NCBI GenBank assembly: GCA_963817385.1
Contig: CAWFOM010000001.1
Span: forward strand, 224,001 to 288,000
Source of the DNA: an uncultured delta proteobacterium
GTDB lineage: Bacteria > Desulfobacterota > Syntrophia > Syntrophales > UBA5619
Direction of reading: 5' to 3'
DNA length: 64,000 bases
Below, piece after piece: positions 59,999-64,000 of this stretch. The translations under genes and the position numbers were made by a program. The stretch's first letter is position 1, and every line of letters begins with the position of its first letter. Below the pieces are notes generated by a model. It was not told the origin of the DNA. It saw only the letters and a list, made by a program, of their open reading frames with translations, and did no database searches.

Positions 59999-62539
59999 AT
60001 GGGTGATGACCTTGGCAAGATACTAGGCATTTCAGAAACCGAGGCGGCCCTGAGGCTCAAAGCGGACGGGTATAATGAGCTTCCTTCTTCAAAAAAACGA
60101 AGTATCTTTGCTATTGCCAAAGAAGTGGTTTCCGAGCCGATGTTCCTTCTTCTGGTGGCGGGGGGAGCCATCTATATGATTCTGGGTGATCTACAAGAGG
60201 CCCTGATGCTCCTTGGGTTTGTTTTCATTGTCATGGGCATCACTCTTTATCAGGAACGGAAGACGGAACGGGCCTTGGAGGCATTGAAGGATCTCTCAAG
60301 CCCCCGGGCTTTGGTCATAAGGGATGGGGTAAAGAAGCGGATACCCGGCCGAGACGTTGTGAGAGGCGATAGCATCGTTCTTTCAGAGGGTGATCGGATT
60401 CCGGCAGACGGGGTCCTGACTTCCTGCCTGAACCTGTCGGTAGATGAGTCCCTCCTCACCGGTGAATCCGTGCCGGTTCGGAAAGTTTCTGACGATGGGC
60501 CAAAGGCAATGCTGCCGCCGGGGGGAGACGATCTGTCTTCGGTCTATTCAGGGACCCTCGTGGTACAGGGGGTCGGGATCGCTGAAGTCCAGGCGACAGG
60601 AATGAACACCGAAATCGGCAAGATTGGAAAAGCCCTTAAAACCATTGAGCAGGAACAAACCCGCATACAGGTAGAAACCAGAAGACTCGTGCGTACCCTC
60701 GCAATCCTGGGGGTGTCATTGTTTGCGGTGGTGGTAATCGTCTATGGGATTACGAGAAATGACTGGCTAAACGGTTTTCTGGCCGGCATTACCCTGGCGA
60801 TGGCTATGCTCCCTGAGGAATTTCCTGTTGTTCTTACCATTTTCCTTGCCTTGGGAGCTTGGCGCATTTCCCAGAAGAGAGTCCTTACCCGTCGCGTTCC
60901 CGCTGTGGAAACACTTGGCTCAGCAACTGTTTTGGGTGTCGATAAAACAGGGACTTTAACTATAAACCGCATGACCGTTAAAAGGATTACGGTCAATGGA
61001 GAGTCTCTTGATATCGATAAACGCGAGGATGCTCTCCCGGAACGCTTTCACGAAATTGTTGAGTTCGGCATATTGGCAAGCCAGACGGCCCCTTTTGACC
61101 CCATGGAAAGAGCATTAAAGGAACTCGGAACCAATGCTCTTTCAGGCACCGAACATATTCGTGACACTTGGACCCTCGTGCGGGAATATCCTCTAACGAG
61201 AAAAATGCTGGCAATGTCTCGCGCCTGGAAATCTCCGGAAAGCGGGAACTATATCGTTGCCACAAAAGGGGCTCCGGAGACTATTTTTGATATATGTCAT
61301 CTGGATCGGGAACGACTGAGGGAGCTTTCAAGCCAGGTTAACGCCATGGCAAAGGAGGGATTAAGGGTAATCGGGATTGCCAAGGCCAATTCCCCGCAAA
61401 TTGAACTTCCTGCTGAGCAGCACGATTTTACTTTTGAGTTCCTGGGGCTGGTTGGGCTGGCAGATCCCGTTAGGCCGGGTGTCGCTGAGGCTGTCAAGGA
61501 ATGTTATGCCGCCGGCATAAAGATTGTTATGATCACTGGCGATTACCCCGTCACCGCGCAGAATATCGCTCGTCAAATCGGGCTGAAGGATCCCGATCAG
61601 GTGGTCACTGGGGCTGACCTCGAAAAAATGAGCCCATCAGAGCTACAAGAGCGGATCAAGAGCGTTTCCGTCTTTGCCCGCGTAGTCCCCGAGCAGAAAC
61701 TCCTCCTGGTAAATGCCTACAAAGCCAACGGCGAAGTCGTTGCCATGACAGGGGATGGCGTCAACGATGCCGCCGCCTTAAAGTCGGCCCATATCGGCAT
61801 AGCCATGGGGGGCCGGGGCACGGATGTCGCTCGCGAGGCTTCTGCGCTCGTCCTCCTTGACGATGATTTTTCCTCGATTGTGGAGGCGGTGAAGATGGGG
61901 AGGCGGATATATGACAATTTGAAAAAGGCGATGGCCTATATTTTCGCGATCCATGTCCCCATCGCCGGGATGTCCCTGCTGCCGGTGCTTTTCAATTGGC
62001 CGCTCGTTCTCTTGCCGGTTCATATTGTTTTTCTGGAGCTGATCATCGACCCCGCCTGTTCTATCGTCTTTGAAGCAGAAAAAGAGGAGGCCGATGTGAT
62101 GAGACGCCTCCCGCGTTCGTTGGAGGAACCCCTTTTCAGCAGACAGACCATTACCTACAGTCTCCTCCAGGGGGCGAGTGTCCTTTTCATGGTCCTGGCT
62201 GTTTATCTTATCGCCATGTTCCGGGGACTGGGAGAAGCAGAGATGAGAGCGCTTAGTTTTACGACCCTCGTGGTCGCAAACCTGGGTTTGATCCTGACGA
62301 ACCGGTCCTGGTCGCGTACCGTACTTTCGATGTTTCGTATGCCAAATGCTGCGCTCACGTGGGTCCTGGGAGGAGCCATGATATTTCTGACGATAGTTCT
62401 TTATATCCCCTATGTGAAAGACCTTTTCCATTTCAGCACTTTACACCCCATTGATCTTGTGATCTGTTTGACTGCCGGAATTATTAGCATTCTGTGGTTT
62501 GAGGGATTCAAAATCCTGAAAAAAAGTCATTCCTTTTGA
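59999..62539 (+). CDS. Cation-translocating P-type ATPase (type II, Ca2+-like)
   Basis: TGES, PEE, DKTGT, KGAPE, MITGD, GDGVND. Confidence 0.95.
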   Translation: MGDDLGKILGISETEAALRLKADGYNELPSSKKRSIFAIAKEVVSEPMFLLLVAGGAIYMILGDLQEALMLLGFVFIVMGITLYQERKTERALEALKDLSSPRALVIRDGVKKRIPGRDVVRGDSIVLSEGDRIPADGVLTSCLNLSVDESLLTGESVPVRKVSDDGPKAMLPPGGDDLSSVYSGTLVVQGVGIAEVQATGMNTEIGKIGKALKTIEQEQTRIQVETRRLVRTLAILGVSLFAVVVIVYGITRNDWLNGFLAGITLAMAMLPEEFPVVLTIFLALGAWRISQKRVLTRRVPAVETLGSATVLGVDKTGTLTINRMTVKRITVNGESLDIDKREDALPERFHEIVEFGILASQTAPFDPMERALKELGTNALSGTEHIRDTWTLVREYPLTRKMLAMSRAWKSPESGNYIVATKGAPETIFDICHLDRERLRELSSQVNAMAKEGLRVIGIAKANSPQIELPAEQHDFTFEFLGLVGLADPVRPGVAEAVKECYAAGIKIVMITGDYPVTAQNIARQIGLKDPDQVVTGADLEKMSPSELQERIKSVSVFARVVPEQKLLLVNAYKANGEVVAMTGDGVNDAAALKSAHIGIAMGGRGTDVAREASALVLLDDDFSSIVEAVKMGRRIYDNLKKAMAYIFAIHVPIAGMSLLPVLFNWPLVLLPVHIVFLELIIDPACSIVFEAEKEEADVMRRLPRSLEEPLFSRQTITYSLLQGASVLFMVLAVYLIAMFRGLGEAEMRALSFTTLVVANLGLILTNRSWSRTVLSMFRMPNAALTWVLGGAMIFLTIVLYIPYVKDLFHFSTLHPIDLVICLTAGIISILWFEGFKILKKSHSF

Positions 62540-62569
62540 AAAAATGTGGATGATAGGACGGAAATATAA

Positions 62570-63799
62570 ATGATCAGCATACCATCGACTTTCAAAATAT
62601 CGTTTCGCGCTCTTAGAGTCAATAAAATGCGCTCCGCTCTGACCATGCTTGGGATCATAATCGGCGTGGGCGCAGTGATCACGATGCTGGCCGTCGGGAC
62701 CGGGGCAAGTGAGAAGATCTCTCAGCAGATGGCAAGCATCGGCAGCAACCTCCTAATCGTCATGCCTGGAAGCAGCACCTCCGGCGGCATACGAATGGGG
62801 AGCGGAACACTATCGACATTAACACAGGACGACGCGGAGGCCATTGCCGGTGAATGCCCTGCTGTTTCCGATGTGGCCCCCATGTATAACGGCACGGCCC
62901 AGGTGGTGTATGGGAATCAGAACTGGTCGACGGGGATTATCGGAACTACACCTGGCATTTTGCCCGTTCGGGACTGGTCTCTTTTCTCCGGAAGGGCCTT
63001 CACGGATCAGGACGTGAGGAGTGCCAACAAGGTTTGTCTCCTGGGGCAGACTGTAGTGGACAGCCTCTTCGGCGACGCGAACCCAGTGGGACAGGTTGTC
63101 CGGATCAAGAAGATCCCATTTACCGTGCTTGGTGTTCTGGCGAAAAAGGGCCAAAACGATCATGGCCAGGACCAGGATGACACGATTGTAGTTCCCCTTA
63201 CCACGGCCCAGAAGAAGCTCTTCGGTGTTCCTTTCGTGGGTATGGTCCGAACGATCTCGGTGAAAGCAAAAAGTGCCGATGATCTGTTGGCAGCGGAGGG
63301 TCAGATCACTGAATTGCTCCGTCAACGCCATCACATTGGCCTTCGTCAAGAAACAGATTTTACTGTGCGCAACCTTACCCAGATGATGCAGGCCAGAGAA
63401 CAGTCAACCCAGGTCATGGGTCTCCTACTGGCGGCAATCGCATCCGTCTCTCTGTTGGTGGGGGGCATCGGAATTATGAATATTATGCTCGTCTCGGTGA
63501 CGGAAAGGACGCGTGAAATCGGTATCCGGATGTCCGTAGGGGCCAAAACGTGGGACATCAGGCTGCAGTTCATTATCGAGGCCTTGACTCTGTCCCTTAT
63601 AGGCGGCGTGGTCGGCATCATTCTCGGTATTTCGGGATCGAAGATCGTGACGCTTCTTGCCGGTTGGGCTACCATTGTTTCCCCTCTGTCGGTGCTTCTG
63701 GCTTTCGGGTTTTCGGGAGTAGTGGGTCTTTTTTTTGGCTTCTATCCTGCCTATAAGGCTTCCCTGCTTAACCCCATCGACGCACTCCACTACGAGTGA
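62570..63799 (+). CDS. MacB-like ABC transporter permease
   Basis: RSALTMLGIIIGV, GGIGIMNIMLVSVTERTREIG, NPIDAL. Confidence 0.92.
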   Translation: MISIPSTFKISFRALRVNKMRSALTMLGIIIGVGAVITMLAVGTGASEKISQQMASIGSNLLIVMPGSSTSGGIRMGSGTLSTLTQDDAEAIAGECPAVSDVAPMYNGTAQVVYGNQNWSTGIIGTTPGILPVRDWSLFSGRAFTDQDVRSANKVCLLGQTVVDSLFGDANPVGQVVRIKKIPFTVLGVLAKKGQNDHGQDQDDTIVVPLTTAQKKLFGVPFVGMVRTISVKAKSADDLLAAEGQITELLRQRHHIGLRQETDFTVRNLTQMMQAREQSTQVMGLLLAAIASVSLLVGGIGIMNIMLVSVTERTREIGIRMSVGAKTWDIRLQFIIEALTLSLIGGVVGIILGISGSKIVTLLAGWATIVSPLSVLLAFGFSGVVGLFFGFYPAYKASLLNPIDALHYE

Positions 63800-63809
63800 C
63801 GGCCCCCGG

Positions 63810-63940
63810 GAATCATGGTGCGGGGTATAGCCGGTTTGAAGACTGACCAAATGGTTCCGGAAATGAACCCGAAGCAGAAGGCTATCCTTGTTAGTGGTTT
63901 TTCAGAGATGGAGCGGGTTAAGTAGGCTCACTATTTGGCC
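63810..63940 (+). pseudogene. Receiver-domain relic
   Basis: MNPKQKAILVSGFSEMERVK* resembles the C-terminal part of a REC domain. Confidence 0.4.
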
Positions 63941-64000
63941 GGTCTGCCGGCCTGTTGATTTCAGGGTAGTGGAGGAATGGGGACGGTTCACAACTCCTCA

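Overview
A 64-kb window from a GC-rich (codon usage and gene content) anaerobic deltaproteobacterium-like genome, plausibly Syntrophales. Many genes are split by single-base frameshifts, often at homopolymers, which most likely reflects long-read assembly error. (1) 1-13.4 kb, minus strand: a catabolic cluster with a PrpF-type isomerase, ThDP enzyme, GntR, D-2-hydroxyacid dehydrogenase, TctCBA transporter and an M29/NicX-like metalloenzyme. It contains three paralogous copies of an uncharacterised pair: a 2x[4Fe-4S] protein plus a His/Cys-rich protein. (2) 13.8-23.6 kb, core genes: fdhE, nth, gap, a second divergent GAPDH, a 1404-aa PPDK-like dikinase lacking the pyruvate domain where pgk usually sits, tpiA, secG and tRNA-Leu(GAG). 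(3) 23.6-40.3 kb, a decayed tRNA-Leu island: integrase relic, ArsR with an unannotated 54-aa triple-CC protein, B12 radical SAM, DUF1326/DUF2182, hydroxyacid oxidase, MFS, an IS110 whose bridge-RNA guides match its own target and donor junction, ECF sigma, double-HTH TetR, OsmC and MocR. (4) 41.6-54.7 kb, a defence island: SNF2 helicase-DUF3883, a nested MqsR-MqsA-SecB toxin-antitoxin-chaperone, DUF1156 methylase and HEPN-DUF499 ATPase, ending at a tRNA-Glu 3' fragment. (5) 55-64 kb, accessory membrane, zinc-finger, P-type ATPase and MacB-like genes. All family assignments come from recalled motifs, not database searches.
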